Shown here: positions 18,604 through 28,138 of the stretch, piece after piece
Layout of the letters: each line of letters opens with the position of its first letter
Position numbering within the stretch: the stretch's first letter is position 1
IMG/VR virus record: IMGVR_UViG_3300029893_000006
Coordinates: 1 to 63,417 of that record
Source: a virus
Lineage: Duplodnaviria > Caudoviricetes
Length of the DNA: 63,417 nt
Strand: one strand, 5' to 3'
The notes under the pieces: model-generated
Told to the model about the DNA's origin: nothing
Databases searched by the model: none
The model's input: only the letters and a program-made list of their open reading frames with translations
Position numbers and translations under genes: made by a program

Positions 18604-19368
18604 TTAATCCCCCTTCACCCTCAAGCTTTTACCCTCAAAATTAACCACATCGTTTACATGGTTAAATCGGTCAATTACCCCTTCGCTGTAAAGCCCCTTC
18701 AATTCCTTGCTCGTCAGGTTGGTAATAAAGATAGTGCTTCTTCTACGCTCATGCCGCTCTGAGACAATAGCCTCAAACTTTGTCATTACCCACCCTTCGG
18801 AGCTGTGCTTACCTAACTCGTCCACCACCAGAAGGCGGCAATTCCGCAGTTCATTTTCAAACTTTAGCCATTCCTCTATTCCTCTGGCCTTCATCATAAA
18901 AATTTCGTCAAGCAAACTCTGCATCAGGATTTTCCTGCCGGAATAGCCATAAAATATCGCTTCCTGGAGAATTGCTACAGCCAAAGTTGTTTTCATCGTC
19001 CCCGGAGGGCCTTTAAGAATAAGACCCCTGCCGGTTTTAGTGTTTTTTTCTAAATGCAACAGATAGTCCGTAATCTGCTTGTATTGCGTTCTGATTTGCT
19101 CCGGTATTCCCCTGGCTTGAATGTTCTTGATATTTGCATCGTAAAAACGTTCATATATACCGGCTTTTCTTAAACATTCCTGCCACCTGCGCTTAATCTC
19201 CTGACATTCAGCATTATAAGGCTCCAAGTATTTATAGCAGGTAGAGATTAAATCCCGTATGTCTCCTGACTTGTCACATCTGCACTCAAATCCGGTCTTT
19301 TGGTTCTTTACTCCAATCGTGTTCGCTTGGTCTGTAACCCGGCTTAGGAGCTGACCCAGCTTTTCCAA
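18604..19368 (-). CDS. DnaC/IstB-like helicase loader ATPase
   Basis: GPPGTMKT Walker A, LLVVDELG Walker B, TIFITN. Confidence 0.88.
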   Translation of the reverse strand: MEKLGQLLSRVTDQANTIGVKNQKTGFECRCDKSGDIRDLISTCYKYLEPYNAECQEIKRRWQECLRKAGIYERFYDANIKNIQARGIPEQIRTQYKQITDYLLHLEKNTKTGRGLILKGPPGTMKTTLAVAILQEAIFYGYSGRKILMQSLLDEIFMMKARGIEEWLKFENELRNCRLLVVDELGKHSSEGWVMTKFEAIVSERHERRRSTIFITNLTSKELKGLYSEGVIDRFNHVNDVVNFEGKSLRVKGD

Positions 19369-20230
19369 CCTTATCCCTCTCTTTCATCTTGTTTTCAAGA
19401 ATAACTACCTGCTTCCGGAGCTTTGATGGTGACAGGATATTTGCTCTCCAAAAACTATCATCCATGCAAAAATCTATTATCGCTTTGATCTCGTTCCAGG
19501 TATAGCCCTTAGTTCCCCCGGGAGGTCCCAGCCTGTGAAGCCTGTCCATTTCCAGTGCCCACTTCTGCATTAGGCTGTCGTCCTCTTTATCATCAGGAAC
19601 CTTTGCCCTGGGGTTATTTCCCATGATCATACCTCTTAAATAATTCGCACCCCTATAGGCAGCACTCTCCTTCTTAAATACAGGCTCTTCTGGTGTTTTC
19701 TCACCGTCCGAACCAGGGAGTTCGGACAAGAGATCTTTAGTACTTTTCTTTTCTTTTTCTTTTCTTTTATTTACTTTACTTTCCTTTACTTTGTTATTTT
19801 CTGTTATAACTTTGTTATTTTCTGTTATAACAGTGTTATCTGATGCCGACTTTTCGGACTTTCCCCATCTTAACGCCATCCCCTTCTTGCCCGCCTTAGA
19901 TTTCTTTTCCCTTGAAGCATGAAAGGCTGCCTTACGCCTACGAAGGCTCTCACTCCAGAACTTTTCCCCGTCGCTAACAAAGAGTTGCTCTGTTATACAA
20001 GTGTTAATAACATTTTGTAACAGTGTTATATCAATGTTATAACCAGCCGCTATACCTTTAATTTTTGAATGGTAAAGGCAGGTCTCATTAGATTCAAACA
20101 TCATTTCAACCAACGCCCAATATAAACCATAACCTTCCCATCCATGTTCTGCTCTGAACATAAGTATTTTTTCATCATTTCTTGCATTGCTATCATGGCT
20201 AAAGTAATAAACATCCTTATTGTTAGCCAT
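19286..20230 (-). CDS. Replication initiator (DUF4373/Lin1244-like N-terminus)
   Basis: YYFSHDSNARNDEKI...GYGLYWALVEMM; C-terminal DSFWRANILSPSKLRKQ; upstream of the loader. Confidence 0.85.
   Translation of the reverse strand: MANNKDVYYFSHDSNARNDEKILMFRAEHGWEGYGLYWALVEMMFESNETCLYHSKIKGIAAGYNIDITLLQNVINTCITEQLFVSDGEKFWSESLRRRKAAFHASREKKSKAGKKGMALRWGKSEKSASDNTVITENNKVITENNKVKESKVNKRKEKEKKSTKDLLSELPGSDGEKTPEEPVFKKESAAYRGANYLRGMIMGNNPRAKVPDDKEDDSLMQKWALEMDRLHRLGPPGGTKGYTWNEIKAIIDFCMDDSFWRANILSPSKLRKQVVILENKMKERDKVGKAGSAPKPGYRPSEHDWSKEPKDRI
19788..20040. repeat. Probable origin iterons inside the initiator gene
   Basis: 21-bp tandem actttgttattttctgttata x2 (19788-19829), further tgtta repeats to 20040, next to a pyrimidine/AT tract. 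Confidence 0.6.
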
Positions 20231-20687
20231 TTATTACCCTCCACTCCATAAACTCTTTGACCGTCTTATCTCTTTTTTGTCGATTGCACGTTCGGCAAGA
20301 GGTAACTAAATTTTCTAGCTCATTAGTGCCATTTTTTGATAATGGAATTATATGGTCAACTTCTAAATTTCCGCCTTTTTTATTACAATAAAGGCATGTA
20401 TAATTATCTCTTTCAAAAACTATCCTTGATATTTCTTTCCACAATGGCAAGTTAAAATTATACATTCTTTTTTTAAGGAATTTGGTTAGAAACTCATTTA
20501 CTTCGTCATATATATCATGTTCATAATTAACTCTTTGTTTGGAGCACCAGTTAACAAATGATTCTTTAAACATGCCAATTTTTTTATATAATTCTTTATG
20601 ATTTTCTAAATCTTCTATAACTCCATCTTTTAAAAGAGATACATACAACCGATAAAAACCAGGATATTTATCCTGTTCTCGTGCCAT
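20223..20687 (-). CDS. HNH endonuclease
   Basis: RDNYTCLYC...VDHIIPLSKNGTNELENLVTSCRTCN. Confidence 0.92.
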   Translation of the reverse strand: MAREQDKYPGFYRLYVSLLKDGVIEDLENHKELYKKIGMFKESFVNWCSKQRVNYEHDIYDEVNEFLTKFLKKRMYNFNLPLWKEISRIVFERDNYTCLYCNKKGGNLEVDHIIPLSKNGTNELENLVTSCRTCNRQKRDKTVKEFMEWRVING

Positions 20688-20691
20688 TTAG

Positions 20692-20910
20692 TCACCCTCT
20701 CAGGAGCTTTTCCTGAATTTCTATAACTTCTACAGTTACCGGTCCGCCCGGGGCCTCTACCTGGAACTTGTCCCCCTGCTTTTTCCCAAGCAGCGCTTTT
20801 CCAACCGGCGCTTCGATGCTGATCAGATGATCCCCCGTATACTCGCTTAATCAACGGCAGAAGTTTCTGCCGTTCAGTCTATATCTAACTACCGTGCCCA
20901 ACTTGATCAT
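20692..20910 (-). pseudogene. GreA/GreB C-terminal-domain protein with an in-frame TGA
   Basis: MIKLGTVVRYRLNGRNFCR*LSEYTGDHLISIEAPVGKALLGKKQGDKFQVEAPGGPVTVEVIEI; ATGA-coupled to the upstream gene. Confidence 0.7.
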
Positions 20911-21815
20911 ACTTTCACCTCCGGCATCTCATTCCACTCCCGCCCGTCCAGCACCCGGCCAGCGGCTTTTTTGCCAACTTTAAGCATGTGGTCACCATCG
21001 AAAACGAGATCCTTTTCCAATCCAAAATTGCTTTCAGGACAATATTCGCCCCACTGCTTAAAGAAAAATGGCACCCCTGCACTTACAGCCTGGTCTCTCA
21101 GGCTCCGCACCCAATTCGGGTGCACCGGCCGGGCGTTGAGGCCGCTTTCTCCGCCCGCAACAACCCAGTCCAGATAAACGTCTGTGTGCGTACAATCCGG
21201 ACAGCATTTTTTATTCTTCTTCCACAGATCAGGCCCGCATCTTGTAGCCGGAGAACCGCAGCCTTTACATATCCCTAACCATTTCGATAAGTCGATTGCC
21301 GATAATAACGGTTCGCAACTCACGAACCGCACCGCCGCTGGTATCTGCAACAGAATCGGTATGCGCTCGTCGGCCCGTTGTTGGTTTTCGGCGGTTACGC
21401 CAAGCCATATATGATCTGCTGCAAAATCGTCATACCAGTGTTCGTACCATTTAGAGAACTCAAGCATTCTGCTTGGGCGCTTAGTAAGTATAAGAAATGT
21501 GTTCCATTTACACTCAAGTATTAAGTCCCACACGTCGCTGATAAACTCGAAGGGCACGTCTTCATGGAACAAATCCCCCATTGAGCAAATAAATATCTTT
21601 TTGCCTTCCCCCTGTAAAGCAGGTTCCATAGTACTAACCCGCTCCGGATGTAGCGTAACCCGAAACGGCTCATCTGCCGGATAGCCATACCGCCCGGCCA
21701 GTCTTTTGCTCATCCTGGCCGCGTAACAATTGATACACCCTTCGCTGACCGGGGAGCATCCAGTGACAGGGTTAAATACACGGTCACACCACTCTATTTT
21801 CGTCGTCGCCATCAT
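20907..21815 (-). CDS. DUF5131 (Gp37/Gp68) family protein
   Basis: TKIEWCD..FNPVTGCSPVSEGCINCYA...SMGDLFH...LTKRP...GGESG...FFFKQWG. Confidence 0.92.
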   Translation of the reverse strand: MMATTKIEWCDRVFNPVTGCSPVSEGCINCYAARMSKRLAGRYGYPADEPFRVTLHPERVSTMEPALQGEGKKIFICSMGDLFHEDVPFEFISDVWDLILECKWNTFLILTKRPSRMLEFSKWYEHWYDDFAADHIWLGVTAENQQRADERIPILLQIPAAVRFVSCEPLLSAIDLSKWLGICKGCGSPATRCGPDLWKKNKKCCPDCTHTDVYLDWVVAGGESGLNARPVHPNWVRSLRDQAVSAGVPFFFKQWGEYCPESNFGLEKDLVFDGDHMLKVGKKAAGRVLDGREWNEMPEVKV

Positions 21816-21838
21816 ATCACCCGCCCTTTCTTATTTGG

Positions 21839-22072
21839 CTATTTTTCTTCCGCTTTCCCGGTAAAACCAGCTCGGATATTTCTCCGCTCCTCTCCTTTCT
21901 CTTTTATTCCCACTTTCCTCCAGTTCCAAAATGGCGCCACGACCAGTTCCCCGCTGTCCAGTTTGACCAGCTCGTTCCGCGGCCCTGGGCCTCTGCCCCG
22001 AGTTAGAACTACACCAGTCTGGCCGTAGAGTCTATGACTGTGGTCTTTGTTGACGTAACGGACACGGGTCAT
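21839..22072 (-). CDS. Hypothetical SH3/KOW-like protein
   Basis: GRGPGPRNELVKLDSGELVVAP. Confidence 0.55.
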   Translation of the reverse strand: MTRVRYVNKDHSHRLYGQTGVVLTRGRGPGPRNELVKLDSGELVVAPFWNWRKVGIKEKGEERRNIRAGFTGKAEEK

Positions 22073-22075
22073 GGT

Positions 22076-22930
22076 CTAAACAACCCCTTCCAGCGAAAGC
22101 TGCTTTTTGCTTTCAAGCCCTTCGTTTTCATCCTCAATGCCCGTCTCCATCCACCTAACCTGCCTTTTGCTCGGCTTCCTGCTGCTGCCTTTAAGTGCCG
22201 CTCCGGCCCCGGCCGTGTTAAGCAATGACTGTTTCAGCGCATCAAATGCTCCGAAACCCCCATCCTCCAACACCCGGCAGAAAGCATCTACAACCGGAAT
22301 TCCTTCAGGTGTAACCATGCTCAATATCCCCGGGACGTTTTCCATGATCATGGTCTTTGGCTGTATTTCCAGCACCAGGCGCGCAAACTCAAATACCAGG
22401 CTGTTTCGCGGATCCATCACGTCCCTTTTTCCGGTTATGCTGAAGCCCTGGCATGGCGGCCCTCCCATAACGCAGTCCACATCTCCCTGCTTGAAGCCCA
22501 GGGCACCAAGTATTTCCTGGCCGGTAATTTTGCGAGCATCGCCAAAGAAAAAGTTCCTGACCGGCGGATATTCCTTCATGTATGGATTGCCGCCGCTGAC
22601 CGGCATGGTATAAATACCGTTTTTACCCTTTTTGGCTATTTGCTTTTCCAGATAATTATTAAAGCGTTCCTTGTCTCCAGGCTCAATCCAGTACATATTG
22701 ACGGGATAGCTTCCCAGGTTGTAGAGATAAGTAAGTGCAGATGGGATATCGTTGTCCAGCCCGGCAATGACCTCGAAACCGGCCTGCAAAAAACCCAAAG
22801 TAAAGCCTCCCGCTCCGCAGAATAAATCTATGGCAATCGGACGCTTGGCTACGCGCTCCGGGACATAGAGACCGGAGCGGTTGAGGGTATAAGGTTCCAT
22901 GCTACTGTTCACGCTCCTTCGTAACCACAA
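22076..22930 (-). CDS. DNA cytosine-C5 methyltransferase, N-terminal half only
   Basis: DLFCGAGG (I), GGPPCQGFS (IV), ENVPG (VI); motifs VIII-X not seen. Confidence 0.85.
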   Translation of the reverse strand: MWLRRSVNSSMEPYTLNRSGLYVPERVAKRPIAIDLFCGAGGFTLGFLQAGFEVIAGLDNDIPSALTYLYNLGSYPVNMYWIEPGDKERFNNYLEKQIAKKGKNGIYTMPVSGGNPYMKEYPPVRNFFFGDARKITGQEILGALGFKQGDVDCVMGGPPCQGFSITGKRDVMDPRNSLVFEFARLVLEIQPKTMIMENVPGILSMVTPEGIPVVDAFCRVLEDGGFGAFDALKQSLLNTAGAGAALKGSSRKPSKRQVRWMETGIEDENEGLESKKQLSLEGVV

Positions 22931-23136
22931 TCTTTACAACACAGGACAACCTTGTTCATATCAGTATCCGGATGAATTTCTTTATGAAAAACGTTTAGAC
23001 TGTTACATTCAGGACAGGTATACCGTTTATTGCTTCTTAAAAGCATATAATTTCCGCAGTTTGGGCAGGTAACTTCGTCGTCCAGTTCTCTTTCGAGCTT
23101 GCAGTAAGGACAATACTGTTTTGCTTGACCTGCCAT
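22909..23136 (-). CDS. Zn-ribbon protein
   Basis: Four CxxC pairs. Confidence 0.6.
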   Translation of the reverse strand: MAGQAKQYCPYCKLERELDDEVTCPNCGNYMLLRSNKRYTCPECNSLNVFHKEIHPDTDMNKVVLCCKDCGYEGA

Positions 23137-23534
23137 TATCTCTCACGCTCCTTCTTCTTTCCAGCGTTTTACTACGGTTTTCGGTGAAACTGTTGACAAC
23201 AAAACTTTTCCGCTTTTCAGTATGATTGCGCTTCTTACATCTTCCCAAACTATATTGTTTGAGCTATATAAATCTTTATCGTATTCATCTACTGCCGCTA
23301 TCTCGCTCGATAAAACAAAGCAACCACCAAAATTCCCGGTGTTTCTTCTCCGCAGATGTCGCAGTATAAGCTATACTTCCCGCCTTCTTTTTCTATTGAC
23401 ATCCTTCCTCAACCTCGCTTTCCTCCGGCTTAAAGCGGTTTTTGGCTTTCAAACGTTGCATTTTGTGATAAACGCCAATAACCCAGGCAATCTCATCTTT
23501 TGCTGTCTGAATTCGCCGCATATTTTGCAAAACA

Positions 23535-23822
23535 TCACTCTCCTCCTCCTTCCAGGAATTCTCTCGCATCGTTCATATCCTCAATAAACTTGGTATAATA
23601 ATCATTTATAGCTTCCTGTGGTGCTAGGCACGTAGAATATGCTTCCCAGGCATCAAAAAGATTTTCCAATATGTTATATAGTCGCCTATTTTCCTCTTCC
23701 AACTTCTGCACCCGATTAATCCAGTATTGAATTACCTCAATTAACCAACTCCGAATATGTGGAAATTCTTTTAGCGTCTTAAATTCTTTTAAGGTTTCTA
23801 TATCTTGTTTAGCATCTCTCAT
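23535..23822 (-). CDS. Hypothetical protein
   Basis: RBS before MRDAKQ. Confidence 0.55.
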   Translation of the reverse strand: MRDAKQDIETLKEFKTLKEFPHIRSWLIEVIQYWINRVQKLEEENRRLYNILENLFDAWEAYSTCLAPQEAINDYYTKFIEDMNDAREFLEGGGE

Positions 23823-23969
23823 CTTTCTTCTTCCTCCTTCTCCCACCCCGCATTCCAACTCCTGCACCCGGGCAAGGGCGGGACATCATGCTCGGCCTCC
23901 AACTTTTTAAAGTAAAACTCCTTTGCTACAGCCTCCATCTGTTTTCCTCCTCCTCTAAAATTCAACTTA

Positions 23970-24599
23970 TTATTCGTAAAAAGAATCGTCCATAAGCTCC
24001 CCGGTAAGCAAGTTTGTTATTATACCGCCCTCCACTTTGCAGCATCGGGGATAATATGCTTTTATCAGGGTTTCCAGATCATCAAGATAGTCCTTTCCAA
24101 TAATCCACTTTTCGCCGTCCCATTCACGACAGCCCATAGGAATTTCGTCCTTCAATGCATCCTTGAAAGCACTATTGTAAGGCCCCTCAAAGATTAACTT
24201 CGTTTTTGTAACTGTCAGGTAGGCCCATTTCGTTACTGCCACAGCCTTCACCCCCTCCCCCACAAATATCCCACATACATCCCCCAAAGGCCCTCTTGCC
24301 AGCTTCTTCCCATTCTTCTTCGATCCCCACATTTCCAAAGACAGCTTTCCTTCTTCTCCCAGGTCATAGATTTTTCCGATCACGTTCCCTGTAGTCCGGT
24401 TCATCTCTATTGCCATTTCTTCAGCAGAATAACCCAGCTTGTAAAGCTCAATCAAATAGTCCACCCCATCCGGCGTCCATGGCCGTTCCGGAGACAGGTC
24501 GTTTATGTCTATGTTGATCATCTTATAGAGGTTAGCTATTCCCTTGATATTGCCGCCTTCAACTGCTAATATTTGTCTTGCCATAGCCTGTCCTCCCAT
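23970..24599 (-). CDS. Hypothetical protein (HTH-like plus HARP-like region)
   Basis: WTPD...YSAEEMAIEMNRT; PYNSAFKDALK...REWDGEKWII. Confidence 0.55.
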   Translation of the reverse strand: MGGQAMARQILAVEGGNIKGIANLYKMINIDINDLSPERPWTPDGVDYLIELYKLGYSAEEMAIEMNRTTGNVIGKIYDLGEEGKLSLEMWGSKKNGKKLARGPLGDVCGIFVGEGVKAVAVTKWAYLTVTKTKLIFEGPYNSAFKDALKDEIPMGCREWDGEKWIIGKDYLDDLETLIKAYYPRCCKVEGGIITNLLTGELMDDSFYE

Positions 24600-24955
24600 T
24601 ACTTATCTAATTGCTTCAAAAGATACCCAGCCAATATGAGCTTTGCTCCTTCTGCGTTTATTTTTAGCTGAGGGTGTTCTTTAATCATTTGCGCCATTGA
24701 TTCTTTTATGCAATCTGTTAATGATATATGTGCCCTTGCCAGCTCCGTAGGAATTATGTTGCCGATTGCCAAAGTCATTGTTTGGCCTTTAATTATCCGA
24801 TCTGTAAGGGTGTTTTCTATTAAGCCGGAGCAATAAACTACAGCGTTTTCAGCCCTTACCGTTCCCTTGCCGGGGATTGTTATTGTTATCGGTTCAGGCC
24901 TTTCTTGTCCAAAATGCTCTATGATGATTTCTCTCGTCATTTTGTTATCTTCCAA
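24599..24955 (-). CDS. Hypothetical protein
   Basis: AAGGAGG RBS. Confidence 0.6.
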   Translation of the reverse strand: MEDNKMTREIIIEHFGQERPEPITITIPGKGTVRAENAVVYCSGLIENTLTDRIIKGQTMTLAIGNIIPTELARAHISLTDCIKESMAQMIKEHPQLKINAEGAKLILAGYLLKQLDK

Positions 24956-25023
24956 TATGTTCTTCCTCCTTTCAAAATAAAACCCCTAAGCCCAGGGGAT
25001 TAACCCTGGGCTTGGGGGTTCCC

Positions 25024-27009
25024 TCAAGCACCCACAGGTTGCTTTACTTTCTGTGCTCTATATACTTTGCCATTATCCACCATAAAAACGGCCAACCCGG
25101 GAATGCCGGGATCAACAGGTTCCTTTTCGCCCCTGACCGAAAGAACGATTACCGTTTTATCATCTTCCAGGGAAAGAAGAGTATTAATGAGATTTACCCT
25201 GTTATCCGGATCAAGCGCCTCCGTGTCATCGACAACTATAATTCCAAATCCGGCCAGAGAGCTTAATACATCCTGAAGGGCCACGCCTATTAACAGCTTC
25301 TCGCCTTTCGACGGTTTCTTATAAAGAACATCGTTCTTGAAAACCTTAATTTCAAAATCGCCTTCAACCTCAAACACAACCCTAAACAGTCCGCCAGTGA
25401 GCTGCGCTACTCTTTCGCTGATCCTTTCCTGAACCGGATTTACGATTTCTTTCAGCAATTCCTGCTTTATGCCTCCGGGACTGAAAGCCTTAACCAGTTC
25501 TTCCAGGGCATTTACTTCCTCATCTTTCCTGTAGAATTTTTTAACGTTTTCTTCGTATTCTGTTTCGGCTTGGTCCGAAAGTTCAAGGGCCTGGCGCAAG
25601 TTTTCTCCTTTTTCGATTCTTGTCTCAAGTTCTGCTATTTTATTCCTGGTTTCTTCAACATCCTGCGGTTCGCCCAGGGAAATACGTTCCTGTTCTATCT
25701 CGGTCAAAGACGCCTCATAACCCTCTTTCTGTTTTTTTAAACTTTGCAATTTGGCTTCGACTTCTTCGCCTCTATTTATATTCTGGACTAATTGATCTTG
25801 TTGTTTTTTGAGTTCTCGGCATGTCTCTCGAAAGGCGTCAAGCGTTTTATCAACGGCGTCTTTGGCTTTTGCTTTATCTGTTTTCTCTTTTATGAACTGC
25901 TTCAGCATTTCTTTCAGGTCTTTTTCAGGATGGGGGCAGGTCAGCTTTTCGGGAGCAAGAGGGCAGGCTCCTTTAATCTTTTCCAGGCTGGCAATTACTT
26001 TATCCAGGCTGGCTATTTCTGCGTTCAATATAGCCTGCTGTTTACTGGCTTCCTCGGCCTCGGCATTTGCCTTATCGTACTTGTCATTGACTTTTTTCAG
26101 TTCCGCTTCCATTTGGCCGGTATCTATAATTACGGTATTCTTTATTTCTTGCTCTAGCTTGCTCAATTCATCCTTGACCCTTGTTTCTCTTTTATCCAGC
26201 ATTTCCCGCCTTTCGGCCATAAAGCTCTCATGCACTATGGTTGAGGCCAAAGATTCCTTTTCTTTTTTAACTGCATTGAGCTGTTCGATTACCTCCTCCT
26301 TGTCAGCCAGGGTAATGCCGTCCGGGAGATCAATTTTTTCGCAGGCTTCTTTTTTGTATTTAACCAGGCTGTCAAGTTCAGCCAATTCCTTTTTAGCGAT
26401 CTTTCTGGCTTCCCGGAAAGCTTTGTCCAGTGTGTCAAATATCTCTGCGCCGCCTGCCACCGCTTGGGGACAATATTTCTGGAATGTCAGAAGTATAGCT
26501 TTTGCAGTTTCTTTGCTCAGGCCATTCTTTTCAGTCCACTCTGCCAGGCTTTTAAGGATACTGTTCTTGTCAAATTCCAGACCCATCAGGGCAAAAAGCA
26601 TGTTCTTCTGATCGCCTGCAGGCATGTTCAAGAAGTTGCCGGTATTAAGGACTGCGGAAATAATTCCTTCGGTTGCTTTTAGTTGCTCGTAAAAAGTTTT
26701 TTGTTGAAGTGTAGAGTTGCCGCTCCACCCCTCCACTTTTAACCCGCCGGGATAGTCCCGTTTAATATTCCCGATACCCTCTACTTCCGCTTCCAGGACG
26801 GCCTTTTTCTGACCATAGCGGATAAGATCCTCTGCGCCGGAACCTTTTCTGTCGGTCCAGTTGCACTTTCCGGTAAAAAGAAACTCGATCCCTCCCTGGA
26901 TAGAGCTTTTGCCTGCCCCGTTGGGTCCAACAAAGATATTTACTTTTTCCAGGGGAATGTAAGTGTTGGCATGATTCCTGAAATTATTTAAACAAAGGCT
27001 TTTAAGCAT
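25024..27009 (-). CDS. SbcC/Rad50-like ABC ATPase with coiled coil and Zn hook
   Basis: LNNFRNH, GPNGAGKSS, CPLAP hook region, PSKGEK signature, IVVDD. Confidence 0.88.
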   Translation of the reverse strand: MLKSLCLNNFRNHANTYIPLEKVNIFVGPNGAGKSSIQGGIEFLFTGKCNWTDRKGSGAEDLIRYGQKKAVLEAEVEGIGNIKRDYPGGLKVEGWSGNSTLQQKTFYEQLKATEGIISAVLNTGNFLNMPAGDQKNMLFALMGLEFDKNSILKSLAEWTEKNGLSKETAKAILLTFQKYCPQAVAGGAEIFDTLDKAFREARKIAKKELAELDSLVKYKKEACEKIDLPDGITLADKEEVIEQLNAVKKEKESLASTIVHESFMAERREMLDKRETRVKDELSKLEQEIKNTVIIDTGQMEAELKKVNDKYDKANAEAEEASKQQAILNAEIASLDKVIASLEKIKGACPLAPEKLTCPHPEKDLKEMLKQFIKEKTDKAKAKDAVDKTLDAFRETCRELKKQQDQLVQNINRGEEVEAKLQSLKKQKEGYEASLTEIEQERISLGEPQDVEETRNKIAELETRIEKGENLRQALELSDQAETEYEENVKKFYRKDEEVNALEELVKAFSPGGIKQELLKEIVNPVQERISERVAQLTGGLFRVVFEVEGDFEIKVFKNDVLYKKPSKGEKLLIGVALQDVLSSLAGFGIIVVDDTEALDPDNRVNLINTLLSLEDDKTVIVLSVRGEKEPVDPGIPGLAVFMVDNGKVYRAQKVKQPVGA

Positions 27010-27010
27010 T

Positions 27011-28105
27011 TTATTCACCACCGTTCCCATTCTTTGTTTTTTTACTGTCAAACCTTGTGTAGCTTTTATCCACAAGAACGGAAGCTAACGCATCGGCATA
27101 TTTTTCCTGGAGTTTTTTCGTGAACCTTCTCTCGTCAACAGAAAGATATTTTTCGGGATCTTCGCCAAGATCCCTCATAATTTTGGTGAACTCCTTGACA
27201 TCGCTGATTGACTTGGATTCAGTTACGTAATACCCCCATTGTAAACCGTTCGTCTCTACAAACCCGTTAACATTACACCACTTTTTAAGAGCTTCTTTCC
27301 GGTCTGCCACCTGTTTTTCCAGCAGGACCAGTTCACCGGCCACCCTTAAAGCATCCTGTTCGTCCTTAATTATGCTACCTCCCAGGTTCTTTAGCGCAGG
27401 ACACATATCAACATAGCTACACCATGAACACCCTTCGCCCGGTCTTGGTGCAAACTCAACTTCGCTTTCAATTTGCCTTATAAGGCCGAATATCTTATCT
27501 TCCGTTGTAGCTACTTTCACGGGATCAATATCGACCTCCCGAACAACACCATGCCTCACGAACTCCAACCGGGCCTTGAAGGTATCAACTTGCGGGTATT
27601 CTTTCTTAACAATCCAGGCGTATATATGCAACTGGAAGTCGTTTTCCGTTTCGGCCTGGCTGCGAATAGCCCAATCTGTTTTATAATCCATTATGGTTGC
27701 CACATTGTCATCTATCTCTAAACGGTCAAGCACCGCCCAGAAAAGAATATCGTTGCTTAAGGGAAGTTTAATTTTTTCCTCAATGCCTACAGTCGTATTC
27801 GGGTTGAAAATGTGGCTGTTGGCGAAAGATTCAATAATACTCTCAATTTCCGTAAATCTGCTGGAACCTAAATGGTGGGGCTTCTTATAGAAAACCATTT
27901 GAGTGATTTCCGGCAACAGAGTAATATCTGTTTGTAGTCCGGATTTCAACAGCGCCCTGTCATATTCCGCAATAATTTCATGCACCAGCCTGCCGATTAT
28001 AAGGGCATCGGAAGGCTTCTCCGGGATTCTGTCGAGATATCTCAGTTTGAATGATCTCGGGCATGTTTCAAACTGATTAAACCTCGTATGACTGTAATGC
28101 CTCAT
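27011..28105 (-). CDS. PD-(D/E)XK RecB-like exonuclease
   Basis: YSHTRFNQFETCPRSF, LDRL...MDYKT, QLHIY, CSWCSYVDMCP. Confidence 0.9.
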   Translation of the reverse strand: MRHYSHTRFNQFETCPRSFKLRYLDRIPEKPSDALIIGRLVHEIIAEYDRALLKSGLQTDITLLPEITQMVFYKKPHHLGSSRFTEIESIIESFANSHIFNPNTTVGIEEKIKLPLSNDILFWAVLDRLEIDDNVATIMDYKTDWAIRSQAETENDFQLHIYAWIVKKEYPQVDTFKARLEFVRHGVVREVDIDPVKVATTEDKIFGLIRQIESEVEFAPRPGEGCSWCSYVDMCPALKNLGGSIIKDEQDALRVAGELVLLEKQVADRKEALKKWCNVNGFVETNGLQWGYYVTESKSISDVKEFTKIMRDLGEDPEKYLSVDERRFTKKLQEKYADALASVLVDKSYTRFDSKKTKNGNGGE

Positions 28106-28138
28106 TTCCCTCTTCCTCCTTTTTTAATGGGTTGCTTT

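Noticed and set aside
20851-20874. Selenocysteine UGA with SECIS
   Set aside because: The hairpin lies 5' of the UGA, whereas a bacterial SECIS follows it; no redox motif
23140-23535. Short gene fragments, one resembling RemA/DUF370 (SAIILKSGKVLLSTVSPKTV)
   Set aside because: Frame-broken and without a clear start; too weak to call
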